From Octopus vulgaris (taxonomy: Eukaryota): a DNA stretch of 64,000 nucleotides. The notes beneath the pieces are model-generated. The model made no database searches, was not told where the DNA came from, and saw only the letters and a program-made list of their open reading frames with translations. Every line of letters begins with the position of its first letter. Within the stretch, counting starts at the first letter, position 1. A program made the position numbers and the translations under genes. Location: the NCBI GenBank assembly GCA_951406725.2, contig OX597835.1, positions 28,148,001 to 28,212,000 of the forward strand. The letters run 5' to 3'. Below are positions 40,955 through 53,387 of the stretch, in pieces.

Positions 40955-42310
40955 CTGGGTGTGCAATGTCAGTGTGCATGTACGACAGAGTATAAGCATC
41001 TTTAGAGAAAAGTTGGGTATATGAAACACCAGCTGTGGTGTGCAAGAGAGTTGACTGCGCTGGTATGGTTATGTGATGTACATGGACGAGGACAGTTGTG
41101 TAAAGAACTGCTGATTCCTAGCTGTGGGGGGAACCTGTGGTAGAGGTAGACCCAGGAAAACATGGGACGAGGTGGTGAAGCATGATCTTTGAACTTTGGG
41201 TCTCACAGAGGCAATGACTGATGATCGAGACCTTTGGCATTATGCCATGCCTGAAAAGAAGATCCATCAAACCAAGTGAAATTGTAATCATGGCAAGTAC
41301 TGGGGTCATGCACCTGGCACCTGTACTAGTGGCATGTAAATGCACCCATTACATTCTCAGAGTGGTTGGCATTTGGAAAGGTATTTAGCCATAGAAACCA
41401 TGCCAAATAAGGCGGTGAGCTGGCAGAATCGTTAGCACGTCGGGCGAAATGCTTAGCAGTATTTCGGCTGCTGTTACAATGTGAGTTCAAATTCCGCCGA
41501 GATCGACTTTGCCTTTCATCCTTTCGGGGTCAATAAATTAAGTACCAGTTATGCACTGGGGTCAATGTAATCGACTTAATACCTATGTCTGTCCATGTTT
41601 GTCCCCTCTATGTTTAGCCCCTTGTGGGTAGTAAAGAAATAGGCATTTTGTCTGTCTTTACGTTCTGAGTTTAAATTCTGCTGAGGTCGACTTTGCCTTT
41701 CATCCTTTCGGAGTCGATAAATTAAGTACCAGTTATGCACTGGGGTCAATGTAATCGACTTAATGCCTATGTCTGTCCATGTTTGTCCCCTCTATGTTTA
41801 GCCCCTTGTGGGTAGTAAAGAAATAGGCATTTTGTCTGTCTTTACGTTCTGAGTTTAAATTCTGCTGAGGTCGACTTTGCCTTTCATCCTTTCGGGGTCA
41901 ATAAATTAAGTACCAGTTATGCACTGGGGTCAATGTAATCGACTTAATACCTATGTCTGTCCATGTTTGTCCCCTCTATGTTTAGCCCCTTGCGGGTAGT
42001 AAAGAAATAGGCATTTTGTCTGTCTTTACGTTCTGAGTTTAAATTCTGCTGAGGTCGACTTTGCCTTTCATCCTTTCGGAGTCGATAAATTAAGTACCAG
42101 TTATGCACTGGGGTCAATGTAATCGACTTAATTCGTTTGTCTGTTCTTGTTTGTCCCCTCTGTGTGTGGCCCCTTGTGGGTAGTAAAGAAATAAGAAACC
42201 ATGCGAAATTAGACAGGAGTCGAGTGCAGCTCCTCAACTTACCAGCTCTGGTCAAATCGTCCAACTCATGCCAGCATGGACAATGGATGATGATGGTGAT
42301 GATAGATGAT
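40955..42310 (+). mobile_element. RTE LINE 3' fragment, interrupted by a SINE array and nested in a TTAA MITE (40863-42500)
   Basis: LRWYGYVMYMDEDSCVKNC*FLAVGGTCGRGRPRKTWDEVVKHDL; the 3'UTR resumes at 42194 and ends in (GAT)n. Confidence 0.85.
41409..42193 (+). repeat. SINE H multimer (head plus four 184-bp bodies) with a single TSD
   Basis: Period 184 (41644, 41828, 42012). TSD agaaaccatgc(c/g)aaat at 41393-41408 and 42194-42209. Confidence 0.9.
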
Positions 42311-42810
42311 GGTGATGATTGATGATGATAATGATTGATAATGATAATGATTGATGATAATGGATGATGATGATCATCATCATTACTCTAAAGCTAAGCA
42401 ATCATATCACTGAAATCTCAAAGCAACAACATAATTTCAAATGAATGTGGCTAAATAAGCAATATATTTGGCCGAGAAACCTGAGTGCTTAAAGGGTTAA
42501 TGTAAATCACACACACACACACACACACATATCGGGGCTCAGGAACTACATTGTTCAATATTTTTCTGCTTCTATTTCTAGCAGGTCAAATGATATCACA
42601 TTTGACACCTCGTTAATAAAAATCATTAAATATCCCAGTAACCCAGTTGTTTGATTTGAAACAAATAACGCAGCTATTTCTGTCTACTTTATCGTGCTGA
42701 GTGATAAAACTGAAGTGTTTATTTTACCAATCTCATTATCTTTGAGTTTAATCAAAGCAAATGAAGTTGAATTGTGATTATCTATTATCTAATTAACCAT
42801 CTCTTATTAA

Positions 42811-43811
42811 CCCTTTACATGTCCAAAGCACTTTCACAAGTCTGCCCCAAAATATTGAACTTTGTTTTCAGGCTTTTGGGTAGCTCTTGTTTCATACACT
42901 CTGAGTAATATAGAGTTTTCTTTTCATGAGTCCCAATTTACTCAGGTAGTTGAAAGAAAGTGGTACTGTGTATCATATACGATGCATGGATGCTAGGGAA
43001 CTATGCCCTGCCTGTCCAAAATGTCCAAGCTTTTTATCAGACTTTTCAGTTAGCCCTTGTTTCATGTTCTGAGTAACATACAGCTTTCCTTTCATAATAC
43101 CCAAGGTATTCTGGTGATTGAAAAACAATATATATCAGATATGATGCTTGGACACCAGGATATATGCCCTGTGTATCACATGTAATATACAGGCCATGCC
43201 TGCCCAAAGCATTTTCATAAGTTTGTCCTAAACATCCTTGCTTATTTTCAGATTTTAGTTGGCCCTTCTTTCATATGTTCTGAGTAACATAAAGCTTTCT
43301 TTTAATAAGCCCCGATTTACTCTGATGTTAGAAAGAAAATGAGAATGTTATCTTGTATGATTTATGTATGCCAGGGAAATATGAAAATGCTTTGAGCGGA
43401 CAGAACATAAGTCTGTCCAAAATGTCCTCTGCTTGTTTTCAGACTTTTTTAGGTAGCCCTTCTTTCAAATGTTCTGAGTTAACATAAAGCTTTCCTTCCA
43501 TAGGACCCAAGTTATTCTCTGGTGATTGAAAAAAAAATTGAGAATGTATACTATATATGATGCATGGACACCAAGGAAACGTGTCCCATGTGTCACATGT
43601 GAAATATAGGTCAGACAAAGATTTAAAGGGGTCCATGGTTGTCTTCAGACTTCTAGTCCTTCTTTCTTGTGTCCTGAGTGTCATAAAGCTTTCCTTTCAC
43701 AAGACCCAAGTTACTCTCTGGTGATTGAAAAAAAAAATTGGGAATGTGTATCATAGACTTCAGGAAAATATGTCCTGTGTATCACTTATGATATACAGAA
43801 TGAGTAAGGGG
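42811..43811. mobile_element. TTAA-flanked non-autonomous element containing five diverged ~170-210 bp tandem units
   Basis: TTAA-ccctttac ... gtaagggg-TTAA. The unit motif tttcagacttt...tagccct...ctgagtaacata recurs at about 42865, 43036, 43245, 43436 and 43643. Confidence 0.65.
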
Positions 43812-43828
43812 TTAATGTATATATTCTA

Positions 43829-44209
43829 CTAGCACTATGACCCAGCAATGCCGGGTCATAGTGCTAGTACATGCATATATAGCTGCATGCGTGCGCACAT
43901 ACATGCGAGTACTGTCCAAATCTCCAACCCATCACATACAGCTAGCTGACATTCAATTGGCGTATCAAGTTTCGGGCATTTTGATTGGGTTTTGGATAGA
44001 AAATTCACAAAAAAAGTCACTTCTATTGATTTTTTAATGGCTTTGCAGGGTGACTAGGGAAATGTAAAGATGTGCACGAGCACTCTTGGACGGTTTTGAA
44101 TGACCATAGAAAGTGCGAGCCCTCTAACTGAAAAATTGTGGATTTGTATAAAGGACATGTGCACACACACACACACAGACAGACATTTTGCCGTTTATAT
44201 ATAGAGAGA
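43829..44209 (-). mobile_element. Non-autonomous Helitron-like element
   Basis: The minus strand begins TCTCTCTATATATAAA and ends CTAG|T, with a terminal palindrome. Confidence 0.75.
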
Positions 44210-44664
44210 TATCATCATCATCATCATTTAATGTCCATTTTCCATGTCGGCATGCATTAGATGGTTTGGGACTGGTATGGTTGGAGAGCTGTACCAGGCT
44301 CCAGTCGTCTATATTAAAAATGTAACTAGAAATAATTGTAGTGATACAGATAGATGGACAGACAGACAGAGAGCTAAGTTATTGTTGGCACATTTAATAC
44401 AAAATAAATATGCAGGTGTGACAGGCAGGTAGACATACAAATATACGAGTAAGCTAGGTATTAACATATTTAATATATGGATTTTTATGAAGGTGACTAG
44501 AAATAATTATGCAGCAAAACAAAGACATACAGACAGATATATAGAGTTGAGCAAGTAGTGTTGTAATATTTAACTCTTTGAAGTTAAATATTACAACAAA
44601 TGAAACTGAAGTGTGAGTGTCCATTATCTAACTAGTTGTCTTGTATTAACCCTTTGCCTCTTAA

Positions 44665-44884
44665 CCCTTTCATTACCGTATTTATTTTCAGATAATCTGT
44701 ATTTCTTTCAATTATTTTAGATATAACAAAGAATTTAGTAAAATAACTTAGTTATCATTAAGCTAGTATTAGGAACATAAATTATGACTAAGGTTTGGTG
44801 GAAGATTTTAATTCAAAACTTATGAAAACAAGACATTTGTACTACAGGGCCAGAGGCGTTTCAGCCAGGTTGGTATCGAAAGGG
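44665..44884. mobile_element. piggyBac-type MITE
   Basis: TTAA-ccctttcattacc ... ggtatcgaaaggg-TTAA; decayed relatives near 12095, 37155, 40700 and 54000-54155. Confidence 0.8.
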
Positions 44885-45038
44885 TTAAAAGCATTTTCAT
44901 AAGTGTGTCCTAAATGCCCAACCTTGTTTTCAGACTTTTAAATCTAGTGGTGAGGTAATCCTTGAGGGGATGAGAGCTTAGTGCAAGAAGGATCAAACTG
45001 GTGTGGCTATGTGAGTTTATATCATACATGGTCTAGTC

Positions 45039-45303
45039 CAGGCCTGGCCAACTTGAATTACGTTGCGGGCCACTTTAATCATAGAAAGATTTTCAAGGGC
45101 CACTTGTATTCTGACAGAATTGCTTTCTCATGTTGTTATTACAATAATGAATGAATGATCATTGATTCAACATAAAATATTTTCGTTGCAAAAACAGTAA
45201 TATCTTTCTTTTTTACTTTTCATTATAACCTTTTGATAAGATATTTAAAATGTTTGTTCAAACAAATTCATTTGATAAAAGTTGACCAGGTTTACCACCC
45301 CTG
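45039..45303. mobile_element. hAT MITE with a perfect 8-bp TSD
   Basis: gtctagtc|CAGG...CCTG|gtctagtc. Confidence 0.8.
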
Positions 45304-46484
45304 GTCTAGTCTAATCACTGCCTGCTCTTGGGTAGGTCCTGTGCTTGTGTATTTTCTCCAACACACTTTATATGACCTGGGAGGGTCTGTACTTCCCCTT
45401 ACTGCCATTCAGCAGATTACTGGAACTTTGGTTACCATGATTATACTTGAGGTGAACACGGGAGTGGTTTCCTGCTGCCCTCACCAGGCAGGTGGGATTT
45501 GAACTCAGAATGTAGAGAGCTGGAAAATAAACCATAAAGCATTTCTTCCGACTTTCTAACAGTTTTGTCTCCCACATGCAGAACAACATGAAATGAAGTG
45601 TTTTGCTCATGAACACAACACACTGCCCTGTCTGGGAATCAAACCCACGCTCTAGCAACCATGAGAGTAACACCATAACCACTAGACCATGTACCTTCAC
45701 ATCATATATGGTGCAAGTTTCCAGTTCCTGAAACTCAAACTAATACCAATTCTGCTTTTTTTTTTTTTTTACCTTGTTTTATTGTTGTATTTTTCGTTAC
45801 CTTTGCATCACTTTATTCGGTTATACATTAAAAAGCAGCTATCATAATAGTGTCATCATCATCATCACTTAACATCCATTGACCATGCTGGCATGGGTTG
45901 GACATTCTGACCAGGGCTGGTAAGCTGAAAGGCTGCACCAGACTCCAGTCTGATTTAGCATGGTTTCTATGGCTGGATGCCCATCCTAACACCAACCACT
46001 CTGCGAGTGTAATAGGTGCTTAGTTTTGGTAAAAAAAATTGAAGAATTTAGTAAAATGACTTTGTTGTTATCTATTCAGCTGGTGTTTGGAACATAAATT
46101 AACATTGAAATTTTGAAGGAAGATTTATTTTAACCCTTTAGCATTTGAACTGGCTGTATCTAGCCAAAATAATCTCCCTGTTTTATTTTCAAACTGACCT
46201 GATCTGTCCTCTCACACTTGGCTGCCACAACTATGATTTCTCTTAGCTTGATGGGTCTTCTTCTCAAGCACATCATTTGTCATTGCGTCTGTGAGGCCCA
46301 GCATAAGGAAGGTGCTTTTTGCATACCACCGGCATGGGTGTTAGTTACTTGACACCGGCATCAGCCTCACTGCCTCTGTGAGGCACAACGCTTGAAAGGT
46401 GCTTTTTACATGCCAAGTTATGTGACATTGACAACAACCACAGATTTCACTTGGCTTGCTGGGTTTGTGGTTATAATGTGGTTA

Positions 46485-46922
46485 TCATCATCATCATCAT
46501 CATTGTTTAACGTCCGCTTTCCATGCTAGCATGGGTTGGATGAATGACTGAGGGCTGGCAAACCAGTTGGCTGCACCAGGCTTCAATCTTGATCTGGCAG
46601 AGTTTCTACAGCTGGATGCCCTTCCTAACGCCAACCACTCCGAGAGTGTAGTGGGTGCTTTTACGTGCCACTGGCACGGGGCCAGTCAGGCGGTACTGGC
46701 AACGACCTTGCTCGAATCTTTTACACATGCCACCAGCACAGGTACCAGGAAGGCGATGCTGGTAATGATCATGCTCGAATGGTGTCTTTTACATTCCACC
46801 AGCACAGAGGCCAGATAGCCGCTCTGGCAACGATCACGCTTGGATGGTGCTCTTGATACCCTACTAGCACAGGGCTCGAGTGCCAGTAAGGCGACACTGG
46901 TAACAATCACGCTCGAATGGCG
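46485..46922 (-). mobile_element. RTE family B 3'UTR copy
   Basis: Close reverse complement of 12630-13052. Confidence 0.8.
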
Positions 46923-47300
46923 CCAAAAAAAATTAGCTACACATGAAATTCTAACCTGTCACTTTATCCACATCTATTTTACAATTGTCAAAGTCAACTC
47001 TTGACATAAAAGGATTCAACGCATTGCATCATTAAACAGAGACCAAGTGACCACAATGTTTGTGTTTGTGTGACAAGGAAAATGAGAATAATTGATCTCT
47101 GATGAGGTACTAACAAATACCGAAACTAGAAAGTTTAATCTCTTTTTCTGGCTTCAGAAAGAAAAACCTCTCATTTATTTGTGATGTCTACTTTCTACTG
47201 AAAGGCTGAAATTTTACCTTCATGCTTGTAGGTTTACGTTTACCTTGCACTTCTAAACACCTATATATACCTGTCTTTTGTTTTCTGTACACATTTTATC

Positions 47301-47356
<56 letters not shown>

Positions 47357-47953
47357 CTTTGCATTCATGATGCCTGGTAGCCATAAGTGGTGAATGTGCT
47401 CTGCAGACACACAACTTACCCTGAAACAAAGTTTGGATACTGCGGGCTTCTTTCAGTTTCCATCTACCAAATCCATTAACAAGGCTCAGGTCAGCCTGAG
47501 GTCATTGCAGAAGGCAGTTGCCCAAGGTGTCATGCAGTGGGACTGAACCTGGAATCATGTAGGTAGGAAGCAAGCCTCTCAACCGCACAGCCCTGCTTAC
47601 ACACACACACACACTCATATATGCTCATACATGTATATTGTATCAGGTTATTTTGCAGGCTACGCCTACTAACTCACCTGATTAAAGATACTAAACCATC
47701 TGATAAGAGATAACAACGTAGCTGCTTTACAGTATAAACTGTGTAAATAGTTGCCTCTCAATCTTGCTATTTGCCCTGATTTCTTATCTGTTTATTCTTG
47801 ATTACAGGGTGGTGGTGGGGTTGGAGGGAACAAAAGAAAAACCTCATTTCTGACCCTTCGATAAATACTCTGACCTAAGTTCGGAAGTAGAACGGCCCAA
47901 AACATTATCAATAAAATGTACATCTTTTGTTAATTCTATCTGTCTGTCTTTCT

Positions 47954-47992
<39 letters not shown>

Positions 47993-47995
<3 letters not shown>

Positions 47996-48306
47996 GAGGT
48001 GCAATGGCCCAGCGGTTAGGGCAGCGGACTCATGGTTGTAGGATCGCGGTTTCGATTCCTAGTCCGGGTGTTGTGAGTGTTTATTGAGCGAAAACACCTA
48101 AAGCTCCACGAGGCTCCGGCAGGGGGTGGTGGTGATCCCTGCTGTACTCTTTCGCCACAACTTTCTCTCTCCCTTTCTTCTGTTGGCCTGCTCGCTTAAA
48201 CAGTGGGGTGGCGTCATTTGAAGGCTAAAACAATGCGAAGCGCATTGTGACCAGCAATGTGTAGCAACATCTGATAGCCTGGTCGGTCACGGTGATCACG
48301 GTGATA
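47993..48306 (+). mobile_element. SINE family E
   Basis: Matches 5377-5685. Confidence 0.85.
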
Positions 48307-48542
48307 TATATATATAACAATTGCAGCGTGGAAGGTGTTTATAAGCCATTTAAGAAACACACAAAAACCATTAGATTCGCATCAACATCTAAGTTTAATT
48401 TGTCAAAATATTTTCGGCGCTTTGAGACCGTGACCTATTCACTGACAAAGCTTCGTGTGCAGCATGAGTTTTGGTAAAAATACTTTATGGTAATAATAAA
48501 TCTCTGAACGAGATATAAACAGTAACTGCACGACAATGTGAG

Positions 48543-48783
48543 GTATACTTGCCATCTCAATATGGCTAACCACTAAGGGTGGGTGTTACTGTAGCTTGTA
48601 GCCCCAGGAGATCATCGTCTCCAGCTGGCTTTAGGCACACTTTCTGTGCACTTATGGTATTTGCAAATACCATAAGGGCAAGTAAGTGTGCCTAAAACCA
48701 GCTGCAGATGATGATCTCCTGGGGCTACAAGCTACAGTAACACCCACCCTTAGTGGTTAGCCATATTGAGATGGCAAGTATAC
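48543..48783. mobile_element. Foldback (palindromic) element, ~240 bp near-perfect hairpin
   Basis: Centred on tatggtatttgcaaataccata; a single-arm relative lies at 61430-61607. Confidence 0.85.
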
Positions 48784-49025
48784 ATTACTTTGTGGTATTT
48801 CTCTTGATTCATTACATTCTGAGTTCAAATTCTGGCGTGGTCAACTTTGCTTTTCATCTTTCTTGGGTCAATGAAATAAGTACGAGTTAAGCTCTGGGGT
48901 TGGTGTAATTTATTTCGTCCTTGTACAGGATGGTCATTCGCCCGTGATATTCGTTGACACTGCATTGAAGGAACCAAAGAACAAAAAGCTAAAGGAAAAA
49001 GGAGAAAGAAAAAAAACACACTTAG

Positions 49026-49431
49026 CACCAGAGCGGAAGGCACCTCCGAAAAGAGTGGGGTGGGGACCCATCACATTGAAAAATGGTTGAGGAGTAGGGG
49101 CTGAAACTGGACGTTGTTCCTGATGATGTCTTTAGCTACTGGATCCAAAAGAGAAAGAAATAACGTACACAACACCAGAGTTAAAGACACCTCCGAAATA
49201 GGTGGGGGCCACCTTGTTGAAAACGGTAGAGGTGTAGGGGCCGAAACCAGACGAGGTTTCTCCCAATGATGTCTTTAGCTACTGGCCCAAAGAAGGAAGA
49301 AATAATGTACACAACACCAGAGCTGAAGACACCTCCAAAAGAGGCGGGGGCCTCCATGTTGAGAGCAGTAGAGGAGTAGGGGCCGAAAGCAGACATGGTT
49401 CCTCCCAATGTTTTTTTTAGCCACTGGATCC
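49026..49431. repeat. Diverged tandem repeat, about three units of 142-147 bp
   Basis: caccagag at 49026, 49173 and 49315, with shared gacacctcc, gtagggg.ccgaaa and tagctactgg blocks. Confidence 0.75.
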
Positions 49432-49617
49432 TATAAAGGAGCTGTTGAGGTAGCGAATCACAAAACATGGTTGGAATTCCTCCTTCCTCACTCAAACTTG
49501 CTGGCCTTTTACCAAAATTAGAAAGAAGTATTCATAACTGGTATACTATCGTTGATATACGCCTAAATCTACTTTGTCTGTTGATTGTAATTGTTTTTAT
49601 TGTTGTTGTTGTTGCAG

Positions 49618-49764
49618 CTCTTGAAGAAATTGTGCCAAACCTCGACAGTAAAACTATTTTCTATTACTGTGGTTCTGTCAGCAACTCAATCAGTGCTGTC
49701 AGCCTCGATCAAGTCTTGGAGAAGGAGAGCACAAAAGCTCCACCCAGCATCTCAAATTTTAAAG
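49618..49764 (+). CDS. SLC27A4: FATP exon (147 nt)
   Basis: gttgcag|ct ... aaag|gtaact; phase 1/1 joins the previous exon. ALEEIVPNLDSKTIFYYCGSVSNSISAVSLDQVLEKESTKAPPSISNFK, the variable linker before the AMP-binding motif. Confidence 0.85.
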
Positions 49765-49784
49765 GTAACTAATTTCCCTCTTAT

Positions 49785-49823
<39 letters not shown>

Positions 49824-50213
49824 TTTTACTTGTTTCAGTCATTTGACTGTGGCCATGCTGGAGCACCGCCTTTAGTCAAGCAAATCGACCCCAGAGGACT
49901 TATTCTTTTCAAGCCTAGTACTTATTCTATCGGTCTCTTTTGCCGAACCGCTAAGAATCCCTCTCAACACATGGCTACGATGCTCCACCACTACTTCTGC
50001 TCGTAATCAGAGATGCACATATCATCAGCCACTAAGGGACATAATCAACTGGTTAAGATCAAACAACTGACAAGCAAATCTGTGGTATTGAGCAGAATAT
50101 TTGCTGTAGCCCATCTTTTATACCAAGGCAAAACAATGTACATGATAACACTTCCAATCAGTTAAGATCAGAAGCCACGAGAGCCACTGCCTGGGACAGC
50201 ATCAGGACATTTA

Positions 50214-50243
<30 letters not shown>

Positions 50244-50246
<3 letters not shown>

Positions 50247-50452
50247 GGCAATGAGCTGGGCAGAATCGTTAGCACACTGGGCAAAACGCTTAGCGGTATT
50301 TCACCCATTGCTACATTCTGAGTTCAAATTCCATTGACTTTGGTTTTTATCCTTTTCGGGGTAGTAAACTAAGTACCAGTGAAGCACTGGGGTCGATATA
50401 ATTGATTTACCTGCTCCCCCAAAATTTCAGGCCTTGTGCCTATACTAAAAAG

Positions 50453-50491
<39 letters not shown>

Positions 50492-50877
50492 ATTGGCAGC
50501 AAGCTGGCAGAGTTGTTGGCATGCCAGGCAAAACGGTTAGCAGCATTTCGTCCATCCTTGCGTTCTGAGTTCGACTTTGCCCTTCATCCTGTTGGGATTG
50601 ATAAAATAAGTACCTGTTGAGCACTGAAGTTTATGTAATCGACTTATGCCCCCCCCTCCCAAATTCCAGGTGGGGAGCTGGCAGAATCATTAGCATGCTG
50701 GGCAAAATGCTTTGCAGTAATTCTCCTGTCTTTACGTTCTGAGTTCAAATTCCACCAAGGTTGACTTTGCCTTTCATCTTTTCGCAGTCGATAGAGTACC
50801 AGTGAAACACTGGGGTTGATGTAATCGACTATTCCCCTCCCCCCAAAATTTCAGGCCTTGTGCCTTTAGTAGAAAGG

Positions 50878-50920
<43 letters not shown>

Positions 50921-51270
50921 TGGCGTGCTGGCAGAATTGTTAGCATGCCAGGCAAAATGCTTAGTGGCATTTCGTCCGTCCAGCTTTACGTCTTGTGTTC
51001 AAATTCCACCAAGATTGACTTTGCCTTTCATCTTTTCGGAGTTGATAAATTAAGTACCAGTGAAACACTGGGGTTGATGTAATTGACTTATGCCCCCCCC
51101 CTCCCAAATTCCAGGTGGAGAGCTGGCAGAATCATTAGCAAAATGGGCAAAATGCTTTGCAGTAATTCTCCTGTTGCTACGCTCTGAGTTCAAATTCCAC
51201 CAAGGTTGACCCCTCCCCACAAATTTCAATCCTTGTGCCTTCAATAGAAAGGATTACTACTACTACTACA
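50244..51270 (+). mobile_element. Cluster of five older SINE H-type copies with (ATT)n tails
   Basis: Heads g(a/t)gctgg(g)cag at about 50253, 50501, 50675, 50925 and 51120. Confidence 0.8.
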
Positions 51271-51354
51271 TGTAAAGTATTTACTCTTCATTGGGGGCTA
51301 ATCTGTTGTCGTTTTTAATTATTTTCTCCCTCTCTATTTCACCTTCTAATACAG

Positions 51355-51424
51355 ATAAACTAATGTTTATATACACATCTGGGACAACTGGATTACCAAA
51401 AGCAGCCACAATAACCCATTGCAG
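51355..51424 (+). CDS. SLC27A4: FATP exon (70 nt) with AMP-binding P-loop
   Basis: tacag|at ... tgcag|gtaggt. DKLMFIYTSGTTGLPKAATITHCR contains the acyl-CoA synthetase AMP-binding signature. Too short for the ORF track. Confidence 0.95.
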
Positions 51425-52089
51425 GTAGGTGGAACCGAATACTTTGTCTCTTCACTTTCTCTGTCCTCTTCAGTTCTTTTGTGTTGCTCTTTGACAGGAC
51501 GTTGATTTGGTAGTTTCTGTGGTGTGGTGAGCTTAATTCATCTCCCTGGCCCTTGGTTGCACTTTAGCAGAGTTGGTCACCCTGTTGCAAACATTTGGTA
51601 TTGGTGTCCTCTCTTCCAGCTTTACCCAGTGTCAGAGGTCTTGTTGTGGGATCATCAGTCACATGCATTGCGCTTCTTCCAGTATTGGACCTATTGTAAA
51701 TTATGCAAGAAAAGAAAAGAAAAGAAAAAGAAGTAAATAAAAAAAATAGTGGTTCAGAAGCTCAGTTTGTAATCGTGGTTCCAAGTTCAATTTCACCTGA
51801 TGGCATGTTGGGCTAATGTTTTTTTTTATTAGAGCTCAAGATTCACCAATGTTTTGTAAGTGAATTTGTAAATTTGGTTGACAGAAATGCTGTGGGAGCG
51901 CATTGCATGTGCGCATGCACATGTGTGTGTGTGTATATGTGCATGTATGTGTGTGTGTATGTGCTTGTGTGAATGCATGTGTGTGTGTGTGTATGTGCTT
52001 GTGTGAATGCATGTGTGTGTGTGCCTGCATATGTGGTGTGTGTGCATGTGTGTGTACGTGTGTGTGTATGTGTATATGTGCATGTATGA

Positions 52090-52121
<32 letters not shown>

Positions 52122-52924
52122 ATGCGTACTTGTGCGTGTGCTTGTGTATGTGCATGCATGTGTGCTTTGTTTGTATATGCGCTGTGTGTGTGCTTGTGTG
52201 CATGTGTGTTTGTGTTTGTGCCCCGCCACTGCTTGACAACCAGAGTTGGTTTGTTTACATGCCTGTAGCTTAGTGGTCTGGCCAAAAGAGCCTGATAGAA
52301 CAAGCAGCAGAGTGAAACAAAAACCAAACCAAACAATATATAACGAGGTCGACTAAACCCCTTCAATGGAGTGCCCCAGCATGGCCGCAGCCCAATGACA
52401 AACAAATAAACGATAAAAAAAATGAAAAACTATCCAGGCTCCAAACCCTTGTAGTAAGAACCTCACAGACAAAACCTGCTGGAACAGAAACTAGCGCTGT
52501 GTATGTAGATTTCTTGGGACTCTTTGGAAAAGTCTGTAAATTTGGACAAACTGTTTGGTTATGAGGAGAGTAAGAATCTGGTGTAGTCAGGAAGAGCAAG
52601 GGGTTCTTTTCTCTCTCTCTATTTCATTCTCTCTTCCTCTCTCTTTCTTTCCCTTTCTCTTTCTTTCTCTCTCTCTCTTTCTAGCAGCTTTAGGTAACTT
52701 GAAATGGTTAACATACCAAAAAATAGATTTCTGTATCAGAAATGGTTGGCGGAGTGGTTGGCATTAGGAAGGGCATCCAGCTGTAGAAACACTGTCAGAT
52801 CAGACTGGAGCCTGGTGCAGCCTCCTGGCTTCCCAGACCCCGGTCGAACCGTCCAACCCGTGCTAGCATGGAAAATGGACGTTAAACGATGATGATGATG
52901 AGATTTAAAGCTTATTCTTATTTA

Positions 52925-53295
52925 CCTTTTACTCGTTTCACTCATTGGACTGTGGCAATGCTGGAGCACCACCTTGGGGATGAGTGGGTGAGGGAATCTT
53001 AGTTTATTTGTTCAGTACTTATTCCTCTCAATCAGTTGTTTTTGCTGAACTGCTAAGTCACAGTGGTGTAAAGAAACCAACACCAGTTGTCAAGCAATAG
53101 TGGAGACAAACACAAAGACACACACACACACGAAAGGCTTCCACACAGTTTCCAGCAACCAAATTCACTTATAAGGCATGGGCTGGCCTGGGGCTACCAT
53201 AGAAGACGTTTGCCCAAGGTGCCATGCTGTGGGATTGAACCTAAAACATCATGGTTGCAAAGTGAGCTTCTTAACCCCAAAACCATGTCTGCACT
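52925..53295 (-). mobile_element. SINE family A (diverged)
   Basis: Reverse complement of the family A pattern. Confidence 0.7.
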
Positions 53296-53387
53296 CCTTT
53301 ATCTATCTGTCTGTCTGCCTGCCTGCCTACCTGTCTGTCTATCTATCTATGTGTTTAATGTTTTCATTCTTCCTATTTCGTTCAAAG

